From the NCBI GenBank assembly GCA_028282585.1, contig JANQHR010000047.1:32001-96000 (forward strand): DNA of 64,000 nucleotides, in the 5' to 3' direction. The notes below the pieces were generated by a model, which saw nothing but the letters and a program-made list of their open reading frames with translations, was not told the origin of the DNA and did no database searches. The stretch comes from Bacteroidales bacterium. Its GTDB lineage: Bacteria; Bacteroidota; Bacteroidia; Bacteroidales; UBA12077. Of the stretch, positions 1 through 9,434 are shown one piece after another; the first letter of the stretch is position 1, and every line of letters starts with the position of its first letter. The translations under genes were made by a program, and so were the position numbers.

Positions 1-922
1 CTTTATCTGTTATTTTATAATTGGCTTTAAGGTTAACATCGTAAAAGTATAGGGTTGTATTACTTAAATCATCATCACTTGATAGTTTCAATAGTAAATC
101 AATATACGTTCTTCTTCCGGAAAGCATAAACGAGCCTTTATCTTTAACTATAGGCCCTTCAACCGTTAATCTTGATGCAATTAATCCAATTCCGCCTGTT
201 ATGTCATATTCTTTCATATTACCGTCTTTCATTCGAATATCCATAACAGAAGAAGCCCTGCCACCATATTCGGGCATCATACCTCCTTTGTATAATGTTG
301 CGCTTTTTAAAGCATCGCCGTTAAAAACAGAAAAAAGCCCTAACAAATGAGAAGGGTTATAAACCGGAGCTTCGTCCAACAACACCAGGTTTTGATCTAA
401 GCCACCACCCCTTACATAATATCCTGAATTACCCTCACCTGCCGTTTTAACTCCGGGATTCATCTTGATTGCCTTAATAATATCCGGTTCTCCTCCAAAA
501 GATGGCATTTCTTTAATTTCCTTGGCATCGAGTTTTGTTACGCTAACCTCATTTTTAGTTATATTATGGTCTTCTTTTTTTGCAGTTACAACTACTTCTT
601 GCAGTTTATGAGTACTTTCCGTAAGCTCTACATTAATTTTTACATCGCTTGTAAGCGAAATTTCTTTTTCAAATGGCTCGTATCCCAAGTATTGATAAAT
701 TATAGTATGGTTTCCTTCTTGCAGGGTTAGTGAATAAAAGCCATAAACGTTTGTTGTTGTGCCAATACCACTTATATTTTTTACCGCAACCGTAGCGAAA
801 GGTAAATCCTCACCATTGCTGCTATCGGTTACCTGCCCGCTAACTGTATAGGTTTTGTTTTGAGCAAATGAAAAATTGGCAAATAATATAATCAGTGCTA
901 TAACAATTGTTTTAATATTCAT
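1..922 (-). CDS. TonB-dependent receptor with N-terminal CarboxypepD_reg-like domain (5' part; runs off window start)
   Basis: Manual translation from ATG at 922: MNIKTIVIALIILFANFSFAQNKTYTVSGQVTDSSNGEDLPFATV...TNVYGFYSL...PGV...VRGGGLDQNLVLLDEAPVYNPSHLLGLFSVFN, typical of the Bacteroidota TBDR signal/CarboxypepD/plug region. Confidence 0.9.
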   Translation of the reverse strand, partial: MNIKTIVIALIILFANFSFAQNKTYTVSGQVTDSSNGEDLPFATVAVKNISGIGTTTNVYGFYSLTLQEGNHTIIYQYLGYEPFEKEISLTSDVKINVELTESTHKLQEVVVTAKKEDHNITKNEVSVTKLDAKEIKEMPSFGGEPDIIKAIKMNPGVKTAGEGNSGYYVRGGGLDQNLVLLDEAPVYNPSHLLGLFSVFNGDALKSATLYKGGMMPEYGGRASSVMDIRMKDGNMKEYDITGGIGLIASRLTVEGPIVKDKGSFMLSGRRTYIDLLLKLSSDDDLSNTTLYFYDVNLKANYKITDK

Positions 923-977
923 GCTTTTTTAGCACAAATATTTCATATCAAAATAGAATTATAAAGGGAAACAATTA

Positions 978-1009
978 TGAAGCAGGCAAATTAATTATTC
1001 AAACGGGCA
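978..1009 (-). promoter_or_regulatory. Candidate LytTR-binding direct repeat upstream of the TBDR
   Basis: Minus strand TGCCCGTTTGA and TGCCTGCTTCA start 21 bp apart, immediately after the LytTR gene; this periodicity matches known LytTR sites. Confidence 0.45.
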
Positions 1010-1012
1010 TAA

Positions 1013-1780
1013 TTACAAACCCTTTTCCAACCAATTTAAAAACTTAGATGAATTAGCTTTACTTATTATGACTTGCTCCGGAAATTCTATTTTAGGTGTT
1101 ACCAGTAACTTTCGAGCAAAATATGGAGTAACATGGTTAACATAGTCCCTGCATATGATTACTTGCCGGTTTGCCCTGAAGAAGTTAATACCTAACATAG
1201 ATTCTAAGGTATCCATTTTATAATTGGTGTAATACTTTTCACTTTTCGTTGTGTAAATATAGGTTATCCCATTTTCTATATGCCCTAGAGCTACTTCTGC
1301 CACTTTAATCGGGATAATCTTTTCTCCTTTTTGCACCAAAATGGATCTATTTCTGGTTTCTTCATTAAATCTTTTAAACGAATTGATCGCATTTTCAAAT
1401 GCTTTAGAAAATTCACTTTTAGCTTTAATTAGTGTTTTATATTTTTCTAAAGTCTGAGATATTTTCTCTGGGTTATAAGGCTTTAAAATATAATCTATCC
1501 CATTAGCCTTAAAGGCTCCAAGCGCATAATGGTCGTATGCTGTGCAAAAAATAACGGGGACTTTGCTTTCTATTTTTTCAAAAATCTCAAAACTTAAACC
1601 ATCGGTTAATTCTATATCAGAAAAAAATAAGTCTGGCAACTCATTTTTTTTAAAGTAATCTAAAGCTTCAGCAATGGATTCCAGTTTTGCCTGAATTGAA
1701 ATACTGTGATCAGCGTTACTAATTTCTTGCTCTAAATTATCTGCCATCAAACTCTCATCCTCAATTATAACTACATTCAT
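1013..1780 (-). CDS. LytTR-family response regulator
   Basis: Receiver domain (IIEDE...DIELTDG...FCTAYD...YILKP) plus LytTR DNA-binding domain (FFRANRQ). Confidence 0.93.
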   Translation of the reverse strand: MNVVIIEDESLMADNLEQEISNADHSISIQAKLESIAEALDYFKKNELPDLFFSDIELTDGLSFEIFEKIESKVPVIFCTAYDHYALGAFKANGIDYILKPYNPEKISQTLEKYKTLIKAKSEFSKAFENAINSFKRFNEETRNRSILVQKGEKIIPIKVAEVALGHIENGITYIYTTKSEKYYTNYKMDTLESMLGINFFRANRQVIICRDYVNHVTPYFARKLLVTPKIEFPEQVIISKANSSKFLNWLEKGL

Positions 1781-2850
1781 AGAACAATGGGTTTAAATGA
1801 TACTGAAAATTCATTTTGAGTTTCATCCCGTTTTGTAATAAAACTTTTATTACCTAATAACTCAAATCTTTGCTTTAAATTATGTAAACCTGTTTTTGTG
1901 GTAGGTTGTTCATGTTTTTTAAAAATTAGGTTATTTTTAAAGGTTAATGTACCATCCTTATTATAAAGTAGTTCTATGAATAGTGGCGTATTTTTGGAAA
2001 ACGCATTATGCTTTATTGCATTTTCTGCTAAAATTTGTAAAGTAAATACAGGGATATGGCAATTATTGATTATTTCTTCCGGCAAATCATATTTAATTCT
2101 TATGGCGTCGCTATATCTTACTCTATGCATATCAATATAGTTTAAACAGAATTGCATTTCGTCTTTAATTAATGCAGTATCTTTTACCGATTCCGATATG
2201 GAAAATCTCAAAAATGAAGATAGGTTTAAAACATAATTTTCTGCCTTTTTAGGTTCTTTTCCGATTAGTATTCTAAGCGTGTTTAGCGAATTAAATAAAA
2301 AATGGGGGTGTATTTTATGTTTTAAGTCCTCCTGTTGTGCTTTAACATTTAAGACTTCTAACTTAGCTTTTTCAATCTCTAATCTTATCCTTTGATTCTT
2401 AGAAGTTATAACAGCAATCAATAAAATAATAAAAGTATTATTTGTTAATCCTCCTATATAAGGATATACCACGGGGACAAAGCCTACATTCGGTCTATTT
2501 TTTGTAACTTGGCTCATCACTGCAATTAGAACTATTATAAAAAGATAAGATGCAATATATTTCAACCAGGAGTTCTTCTGAAAAATCTCCCTTCTATCCA
2601 GGATTCTAAAAAGAATAATATTGAAAAGCCATTGTAAAAAGAAACTAGCAGATATAACAGATATACCTATTAAAATCCTTCCGGAATCTATAAAATAAAG
2701 AAATTCTTGATTTTCAGGCTGTGCCAGAAGAAAAACCAGCATTGGTACGATAGCATAAATCCCAATTATTGGGGACGTTATAAATGCTAATCTTATAAGT
2801 TGTTTAATTTCTCGCTTACTAGGTTGGTTATATTCTTTCATCGTTTTCAC
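1777..2850 (-). CDS. LytS/YehU-type membrane sensor histidine kinase
   Basis: N-terminal TM helices; IHPHFLFNSLN, LQILAENAIKHN and TGLHNLKQR motifs; overlaps the regulator by 4 nt. Confidence 0.92.
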   Translation of the reverse strand: MKTMKEYNQPSKREIKQLIRLAFITSPIIGIYAIVPMLVFLLAQPENQEFLYFIDSGRILIGISVISASFFLQWLFNIILFRILDRREIFQKNSWLKYIASYLFIIVLIAVMSQVTKNRPNVGFVPVVYPYIGGLTNNTFIILLIAVITSKNQRIRLEIEKAKLEVLNVKAQQEDLKHKIHPHFLFNSLNTLRILIGKEPKKAENYVLNLSSFLRFSISESVKDTALIKDEMQFCLNYIDMHRVRYSDAIRIKYDLPEEIINNCHIPVFTLQILAENAIKHNAFSKNTPLFIELLYNKDGTLTFKNNLIFKKHEQPTTKTGLHNLKQRFELLGNKSFITKRDETQNEFSVSFKPIVL

Positions 2851-3047
2851 ATATTATTGAAAATCAAAAATAATTATTCTTATTTACGTTAAATAATTAA
2901 AGCAGGTTCTTGAGGGTTATAGAATGACGTTTTAAAATGGATAAATAAATATCTAAATTAAATCATATTTTAATTAATTACACAAATAGCTTATTGGACA
3001 ATAGACTTCAATATTAAAAAACAATTTGTATTTTAAAAATAAATGTT

Positions 3048-3076
3048 TAAATTTGTACTGTTAATATATTAACTGT
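3048..3076 (+). promoter_or_regulatory. Bacteroidota -7 promoter element plus palindromic operator (site 1)
   Basis: TAAATTTG at 3048-3055 followed by GTTAATATATTAAC at 3060-3073, just before the marR ATG. Confidence 0.7.
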
Positions 3077-3082
3077 TAATAA

Positions 3083-3508
3083 ATGAATTATAATAAAACA
3101 CTGCAAGTAGGAATAAATATCTCTCAGGTACACTGGTCCTTACAAAATTTTATCAACAAGAAATTAAGGCCAAATGGTATAACTCTAGATAAGCTACGTA
3201 TTATGAGTATTGTGAATTCAAATGAAGGTTGTTGTCAGCAATTTATTGCAGATAGTTTATTCAAAACCAAAACTGCAATTGCCAATATGACTGAAAATTT
3301 GGTAAAAGAAGATTTGGTAATTCGCATCCAGGACCCTGATAACAGGCGCTTGAATAAGATTTTTTTGACTCCGGAAGGGAAAAACTTACATGATAAATGT
3401 ATATCAGAAATAACTGACAATATGGAGCAAGTCTTTACGGATATAAAAAAAGAAGAAATTAATAATTTGCTAAAAGTCTTAGAGCAAATGAAAAATAATA
3501 TTGAGTAA
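3083..3508 (+). CDS. MarR-family transcriptional regulator
   Basis: 141 aa winged helix with QQFIA...LVKEDLVIRIQDPDNRRLNKIFLTPEG motif. Confidence 0.92.
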   Translation: MNYNKTLQVGINISQVHWSLQNFINKKLRPNGITLDKLRIMSIVNSNEGCCQQFIADSLFKTKTAIANMTENLVKEDLVIRIQDPDNRRLNKIFLTPEGKNLHDKCISEITDNMEQVFTDIKKEEINNLLKVLEQMKNNIE

Positions 3509-3523
3509 TTTTTTTATAATATA

Positions 3524-3541
3524 AGTTAATATATTAACTGT
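3524..3541 (+). promoter_or_regulatory. Palindromic operator (site 2) upstream of the rdhA-like gene
   Basis: AGTTAATATATTAACT perfect 16-bp palindrome; the 17-mer GTTAATATATTAACTGT is identical to site 1. Confidence 0.7.
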
Positions 3542-3554
3542 AAATACATATACT

Positions 3555-5000
3555 ATGATAAATTTACTAAATAAACCCAAAGGTTATTCGATCAAAGAGA
3601 AAACTAACAAAAAACAAATGTTTAGTAGAAGAGATTTTCTTAAAGTAGGTTCAGTTGGTGCGGTAATAGGAGCAACATCCGCAGGAACATTTGCTAACAA
3701 CCAAATTAGTAAAGCGGTAGATAAAGCTTCCGATAAATCATTATTTAAGGACGGTGCTTCATTAATTGAGTTTAAGGAGGGCTATAAATACCGTAGGTTT
3801 GATGAAAAAAATACCTATCAGTCATCCGGGCCAACGGAATGGGACGAAACCTTAAAAGCTAAATTCATGAAGTTCACCTGGCCCGGATTTGATAATGATC
3901 AACCCGGTTTTAGCCAGGTAGATTGGGCGCTTGCAAGAGGAAGTTCGTCGCTGAAATTTAAAATGCTAGGTATGGGCGATAAGTGGAAGCAAGATAGATT
4001 TGATTATTCCATGCTCGATTTAAAACCTGGCTCGGATGGAAAACTTCAGGGACCGAATCTACCGCAATTGATGGAGGGTAATTATGTATACCCGGAGAAA
4101 GCCTCATTTAAATCTAAGCAAGAAGCTACGGATGCTATAAAAAGAGCAGCAAGGCTTTATGGAGCAGATCTGATAGGAATAACAGAACGTGACGAAAGGT
4201 TTGATTTTTCTGCTTTTTATAATTCAATGAATGGTAGAAGGTACTGGACTGAAATTCCATTTGAGCCTAAAACTGTTATTGTTTTGGCGTTCGAAATGGA
4301 TTATGATGCCATGGCAGCTGCACCTACGCATGTTGCAAGTGGAGCAACCGGTGAAGGGTATTCAAAAATGCATAAAACCTCTTATCAACTTGCTATATTT
4401 TTAAAATGTTTGGGGTATAAGGCAATACCTTCAAATAATGATTTAGGGTTAAGTATACCTTATGCCATTAAAGCAGGATTAGGTGAGCCTGGGCGCAACG
4501 GAATGTTGATTACATATAAATACGGGCCAAGAGTTCGAATTGCTAAAGTATATACTGATTTTAACTTTGTTGAATACGATGAACCTAAAGCATTTGGTGT
4601 TGAGGAATTTTGTAAAAGGTGTATGCGCTGCGCTGATGCATGTCCTTCGGATGCTATCACAAAAGAAATAGATAAAACCTTTGAACCTGATTTTAATGAA
4701 GATAAAAATTTCTTTATAAATCCCGGGACAAAAAAGTATTATAATAACTTAAAGAAATGCTTCTATTTCTGGATGGAAAACGGGAATGGGTGTAGCTCAT
4801 GTATCACAGCTTGCCCATATAATAAACCTGATTTTTGGCATCACCGTTTGGTTGATAAAATATCGGCTTTGATGCCCGGGCCCGTTCACTCTTTTATGCG
4901 CGAAATGGATAAAGTATTTGGCTATGGAGATACTTATGATAAAGCTTCTATAAAATGCTTTTGGAGCAGGAAGAATCGTAAATATCTGGGATATAAATAA
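3555..5000 (+). CDS. rdhA: Reductive dehalogenase catalytic subunit-like protein (RdhA family), TAT-exported
   Basis: SRRDFLK twin-arginine signal; YGADLIGI, AIKAGLGEPGRNGMLITYKYGPRVRIAKVYTD; Fe-S motifs CKRCMRCADACP and CSSCITACP; C-terminal MDKVFGYG. Confidence 0.88.
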   Translation: MINLLNKPKGYSIKEKTNKKQMFSRRDFLKVGSVGAVIGATSAGTFANNQISKAVDKASDKSLFKDGASLIEFKEGYKYRRFDEKNTYQSSGPTEWDETLKAKFMKFTWPGFDNDQPGFSQVDWALARGSSSLKFKMLGMGDKWKQDRFDYSMLDLKPGSDGKLQGPNLPQLMEGNYVYPEKASFKSKQEATDAIKRAARLYGADLIGITERDERFDFSAFYNSMNGRRYWTEIPFEPKTVIVLAFEMDYDAMAAAPTHVASGATGEGYSKMHKTSYQLAIFLKCLGYKAIPSNNDLGLSIPYAIKAGLGEPGRNGMLITYKYGPRVRIAKVYTDFNFVEYDEPKAFGVEEFCKRCMRCADACPSDAITKEIDKTFEPDFNEDKNFFINPGTKKYYNNLKKCFYFWMENGNGCSSCITACPYNKPDFWHHRLVDKISALMPGPVHSFMREMDKVFGYGDTYDKASIKCFWSRKNRKYLGYK

Positions 5001-5026
5001 CAAGTTAAACATAATATAGTGACTCT

Positions 5027-6073
5027 ATGAGAAATAGAATTGGAATATCAATTATAATTGTATCGCTGGTATTATTGCCTTTTGCTCTTTTTTTTAAATC
5101 TGTTGTAAAAAATACATTGTCAGAAAAGTCTCTAAAAACCATTTTAAAACAGCAAGTTTTTGATAGTAATAATTTATCGAGATTATCGAGAGCAATCGTA
5201 AATGAAAAGGCAATTGAAGCTAAAGATATGAGGTCAGCCATGATGATGGCTATCTTCTCAAAAGCTACTACAAAAAAATGGGAAGAATTCTACAGTTTGG
5301 CACTTCCTATTGAAACTTCAGCACCCTGGATAGATAAGGTATGCAAGGAGTTATTTATTTGGCTAGATAATGATGAACCTTATCCGGCAATTGAAATACA
5401 AACAACTGCTTTTATTGAAAATATTAAACAGAATAGGACAAAACTGTTTTCATGGGCACATCAAATTATGGACCCTCCACAGGTATCCAAAAGTGAATTA
5501 GAAAGTTTGGTTGAAAAAAAATTTGGCAATAGCCTACCTGATCTCTTAATGACCGGAGTACCAGATTCTTTAGAAAATAGACTATTTGATAAAGGAGGTG
5601 ATTTGATGCTTGTACAGTTGGAAAATGCAACTATTCCTCTTGAAATAAATACTAATGAGATATTATCAGAAAAAATATCTGTAGAAAGAATATCAACTAT
5701 TAAATCCAAAATTAACAAGATATTAAAGTTTGCCAATTTATGGATACTATTAATAATACTCTTAAGCGCAGGATTGTTGCTTTGCTTCAAGAATAAGAGG
5801 TATTTATTGAGATTATCCGAAAAAACGACCTATTTCACAGGTTTTTGGCTATTTATAACCGGTTGGATGTTTACAAACTATTTATTTATCAATTTGGAAA
5901 TAAAGATTAATGAGTCTCAAGCCCCTCGGGGTGTAAGAGATCTAATTATAGAAATTTTATCAAACACTTTTGTACAAGGTAGTCAATTGCTTTATATATC
6001 AGGACTTATTCTTCTATGTATAGCAATGATATTATCATTTATAAAATATGTATTTAAAAATAGATTATCATGA
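5027..6073 (+). CDS. Membrane protein of unknown function (N-terminal anchor, large soluble domain, ~3 C-terminal TMs)
   Basis: Hydropathy pattern; operonic position between rdhA and the rdhB-like gene. Confidence 0.7.
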   Translation: MRNRIGISIIIVSLVLLPFALFFKSVVKNTLSEKSLKTILKQQVFDSNNLSRLSRAIVNEKAIEAKDMRSAMMMAIFSKATTKKWEEFYSLALPIETSAPWIDKVCKELFIWLDNDEPYPAIEIQTTAFIENIKQNRTKLFSWAHQIMDPPQVSKSELESLVEKKFGNSLPDLLMTGVPDSLENRLFDKGGDLMLVQLENATIPLEINTNEILSEKISVERISTIKSKINKILKFANLWILLIILLSAGLLLCFKNKRYLLRLSEKTTYFTGFWLFITGWMFTNYLFINLEIKINESQAPRGVRDLIIEILSNTFVQGSQLLYISGLILLCIAMILSFIKYVFKNRLS

Positions 6074-6351
6074 TTTTTTCCGGAATAGAATTGTTGTTTT
6101 TTGCCTTGGGAGTGCTTACAACGCTTAGTATTGTTGCTATAGTTCATTATAATAAAAAATATAAATTGAGTTGGAAAATAGTTGGGTTACTGTTAGTGTC
6201 AGCTTTTCTGGCAGTTTTTGCCGTAGCATGGTCAGGCTCATCGCTTATTGAAGGAGAAAACCAGGCAGCAGGAGTTGGAGGATTATTTTTTGGATTCCCG
6301 GCTTTTATAGGTTTTTTCATTGCTCGAAAACGAATTCTCAATTCAAAATAA
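6070..6351 (+). CDS. RdhB-like small membrane anchor (3 TM)
   Basis: 93 aa, three hydrophobic helices, IEGENQAAGVGGLFFG loop; context next to rdhA. Confidence 0.65.
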   Translation: MIFSGIELLFFALGVLTTLSIVAIVHYNKKYKLSWKIVGLLLVSAFLAVFAVAWSGSSLIEGENQAAGVGGLFFGFPAFIGFFIARKRILNSK

Positions 6352-6362
6352 AGGATACAATC

Positions 6363-7556
6363 ATGTGCCCGAATTCATGTAAAAGTTGCAGAACAGGTAC
6401 TATTAGAAACAAAAGCAAAGTGACTCTGATTGTTTTGGGGTTGTTGCTTTTGTCATTACTATTAGGAAATTATTTTACATCAGGCGACAATTTCAGTGAA
6501 ATTACACAAAAATTACCTGAATATCGAATAAACCCTTTAAATGAAAATATATTTGAATATTATGTTAACGATTCCTTAATGGGATTTGGGGCAATCGGAC
6601 AAAGCAAAGGCTATGGAGGCCCTTTAACGGTAGCAGTTTTGGCTTCAAGAGACACTTCAATAAGGCAGGTGGTTCCCCTTTTAAATACCGAAACTCCGTC
6701 ATTTTATCAAAAATTTATTAATCAAGAGTTTTTTAAATTTTATAGTGGAGAGTCTTTGTATGTTGAACCCGTTGTAAACGCAGTCAGTGGTGCAACTGTA
6801 ACTTCAAATGCCTATCAATTAGCTGTAAGTAAAGCAATGAACCAGCTTTTAGAAGAGCAATTTCATAAAGAAACATGGCTCATAAAACCAAAGATGAATT
6901 TTAATAAAAATGAATGGATTGTACTGGTTTTTATGCTTTGCTCTTTCTGGCTATTCAGGCTGATTAAAAACAGGAAAACAAAATTATTATGGTATTTAGT
7001 AGTGGTTGTATTAATGGGATTTATATTAAAGATTCAACTTTCATCAACCCACTTAAGCGGTTTAGCAATAAATAAAATGCCAGGTTTATATAATAATTTG
7101 AATATTTGGATATTAGTGATTGGAGTGATTTTGGGTATACTTATTTTGGGCAGGAATTATTACTGTTTTCGTATTTGTCCGTTCCATGCCCTTCAATATT
7201 TATTATCGCAAATCAGCGACATTAACATTAAAACTGGTAAAAAGCTAAACACTGTTTTAAAATATGGATTGGCCACGGTAGTTTTTCTTTACTATACCAT
7301 TACATTTATAACACATGATCCTACCAAAGCTTTGTATGAACCTTTTTCGACCCTTTTTTCATTGCAAGGTACTGGTTTGCAGTGGTTATTTCTAATTCTG
7401 ATTTTAATAGCTGCTTTTCTTATCAAAAATGTATTCTGCAGATTTATGTGCCCTGTTGGATATTCTCTAAGTTACATTCAATCATTGCGATTGATAATAC
7501 TGAACAACATTAAAAAATCAAAAAAAAACGATCATGAAAAAAATAAGATTATATGA
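6363..7556 (+). CDS. RdhC/NosR-like FMN-binding, CxxxCP membrane electron-transfer protein
   Basis: KGYGGPL and NAVSGATVTS flavinylation motif; multiple TMs; CFRICP and CRFMCP. Confidence 0.85.
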   Translation: MCPNSCKSCRTGTIRNKSKVTLIVLGLLLLSLLLGNYFTSGDNFSEITQKLPEYRINPLNENIFEYYVNDSLMGFGAIGQSKGYGGPLTVAVLASRDTSIRQVVPLLNTETPSFYQKFINQEFFKFYSGESLYVEPVVNAVSGATVTSNAYQLAVSKAMNQLLEEQFHKETWLIKPKMNFNKNEWIVLVFMLCSFWLFRLIKNRKTKLLWYLVVVVLMGFILKIQLSSTHLSGLAINKMPGLYNNLNIWILVIGVILGILILGRNYYCFRICPFHALQYLLSQISDINIKTGKKLNTVLKYGLATVVFLYYTITFITHDPTKALYEPFSTLFSLQGTGLQWLFLILILIAAFLIKNVFCRFMCPVGYSLSYIQSLRLIILNNIKKSKKNDHEKNKII

Positions 7557-8502
7557 AATAATGAGAAAACCGCCTTTCTTTATGCGTGCTTCACATTATA
7601 TGAGAAAGGATGATAATCCGGTTAAAAGTGGAAATAAATCGCGCAAGGCAGTTATAATTCCTCTGGTACTGATGCAATTTGGAAGTATGAAAGATAAATT
7701 AGCTGCTATGGGTACTACAAAACCAGCATTTATAACTTCAATAAAGGAGATGATAAAAAGCGCTAGAGAATTAAAGAAGAACCCTAAAACCGGGAAAAAG
7801 CAAATCTCGAACAACACATTACAAGAACTTGAAATGTATGCTCGGGAACTAGGAGTTTCGCAAATAGCATACACGAAAGTAAATCCCAATTTTATTTTTG
7901 AGGGTTTTGAAATTCTTTATGAAAATGCCATGATTTTAACTATGGAGATGAAAAGAGATGCTATGAAATCTGCTCCATCAGATTATGCCACAAGCGAGGT
8001 TTGGCGGACATATTCAAATTTAGGACTGATAGTTAATAAACTTGCCGATTTTTTACGCGAACGAGGATATAACTGCCATCCAACTCCTGCGGTTGGAGGT
8101 GATGTATGTACTCCTCCTGTTGCGCAAGATGCAGGCTTTGGTGTTATTGGAAAACATGGTTTACTTATTACACCTGAATTTGGTCCATCACAGCGTATTG
8201 CAGCGGTGTTCATTGATGCTGATAATTTACCTGTAAAATCATTGCAAGAAAATGAACATCTGTGGGTAAAAGAGTTTTGCGAAACCTGTAACAATTGCAT
8301 CAAAAAATGTCCGGGAAGCGCAATTATGGAAGAAACTAAAATTCTTGATGATGGTTACCCAATTTATTTGGAAAGAGAAAAGTGCGCACCTTACTTTTCA
8401 AAAAATTGTTGCACATGCATTGCTACATGTCCATTTATTAATGGTAATTATGGAGAAATAAAGAAAGCATTTGAGAAAAAACAAGAAATTAACATGAACT
8501 AA
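7534..8502 (+). CDS. Second Rdh/QueG-like cobalamin and 4Fe-4S protein without a TAT signal
   Basis: AQDAGFGVIGKHGLLITPEFGPSQRIAAV; CETCNNCIKKCP and CCTCIATCP. Confidence 0.82.
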   Translation: MKKIRLYEIMRKPPFFMRASHYMRKDDNPVKSGNKSRKAVIIPLVLMQFGSMKDKLAAMGTTKPAFITSIKEMIKSARELKKNPKTGKKQISNNTLQELEMYARELGVSQIAYTKVNPNFIFEGFEILYENAMILTMEMKRDAMKSAPSDYATSEVWRTYSNLGLIVNKLADFLRERGYNCHPTPAVGGDVCTPPVAQDAGFGVIGKHGLLITPEFGPSQRIAAVFIDADNLPVKSLQENEHLWVKEFCETCNNCIKKCPGSAIMEETKILDDGYPIYLEREKCAPYFSKNCCTCIATCPFINGNYGEIKKAFEKKQEINMN

Positions 8503-8503
8503 A

Positions 8504-8875
8504 ATGGATTGGTATATACCCATTACTTTGTTACCTGGTATAGCATTACTAATATTATCAACTAGCAACTTTATAATTGCATTGAATGCTGAAGTTCAAA
8601 AATTAAAAGCGAATGAAGCATTATTTGGTGAAATAATCGCTTTGAAAATCAAACAACTTAAACGATTAAGTAAAGCTATATCGGGTTTATACCTTAGTGT
8701 ATTATTTTTTACTATATCCGGGCTCTTTGCCTCGATTTCTTATCCGCAAAATATTGTTTTTCTTTTCTTACTTCTTGGTATTGTAATAATGTCTGTTTCG
8801 GTTTTATTATTAATTACGTATTCAATCTTAGCTATAAAGATCAAAACAAAGCACCTTAGAATAAATCCTTTCTAA
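8504..8875 (+). CDS. Small 3-TM membrane protein (DUF2721-like)
   Basis: MDWYIPITLLPGIALLILSTSN start; hydrophobic C-terminal half. Confidence 0.65.
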   Translation: MDWYIPITLLPGIALLILSTSNFIIALNAEVQKLKANEALFGEIIALKIKQLKRLSKAISGLYLSVLFFTISGLFASISYPQNIVFLFLLLGIVIMSVSVLLLITYSILAIKIKTKHLRINPF

Positions 8876-8984
8876 ATATTTGTTAAGTTCTTACTATTAC
8901 ATCGAAATATTTAAATCATTCGATTAATATTTAATATATTTGATTGCTTAGCTTTGAATATTTTAACTAACTAATACTTAAACT

Positions 8985-9371
8985 ATGAAAAGAACAATTT
9001 TATTTTTATCAGTAGTAATTGCCATTATATTCTTTAGTTGTAATTCGGTAGGTAAAAAGCATAATGATTTAATTGGGAAATGGCAAAATACCAAAGCAGA
9101 TACAGTTAATTATTTTCTTAAAATTAGCGAAGATTATGCATGGGAATATTATAAAAATGATGAACTGCTTGAAGAAGGAACATTTGAAGTAAATGAAAAC
9201 ATTTTCATTATGAAACATGCAGTTCCGGCTCACAGTCATTCTCATGAAGGTAATGATCGTTCACATGCACATACTGAAGATCATAGGTATGAGTTTAAAT
9301 TAAATGATGATAAATCTGAGCTTAGTTTTATGAGTGAAGGAAAGACTTCAGTATTTAAAAGAATAAAATAA
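8985..9371 (+). CDS. Lipoprotein, lipocalin-like, with His-rich insertion
   Basis: Lipobox FFSC, LIGKW strand motif, HAVPAHSHSHEGNDRSHAHTEDH. Confidence 0.75.
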   Translation: MKRTILFLSVVIAIIFFSCNSVGKKHNDLIGKWQNTKADTVNYFLKISEDYAWEYYKNDELLEEGTFEVNENIFIMKHAVPAHSHSHEGNDRSHAHTEDHRYEFKLNDDKSELSFMSEGKTSVFKRIK

Positions 9372-9434
9372 TTAATAATACCTTGCTTTGTAACATGGTA
9401 AGGTTCTAGATTAGCTAAGTAATAAAATCATTAA

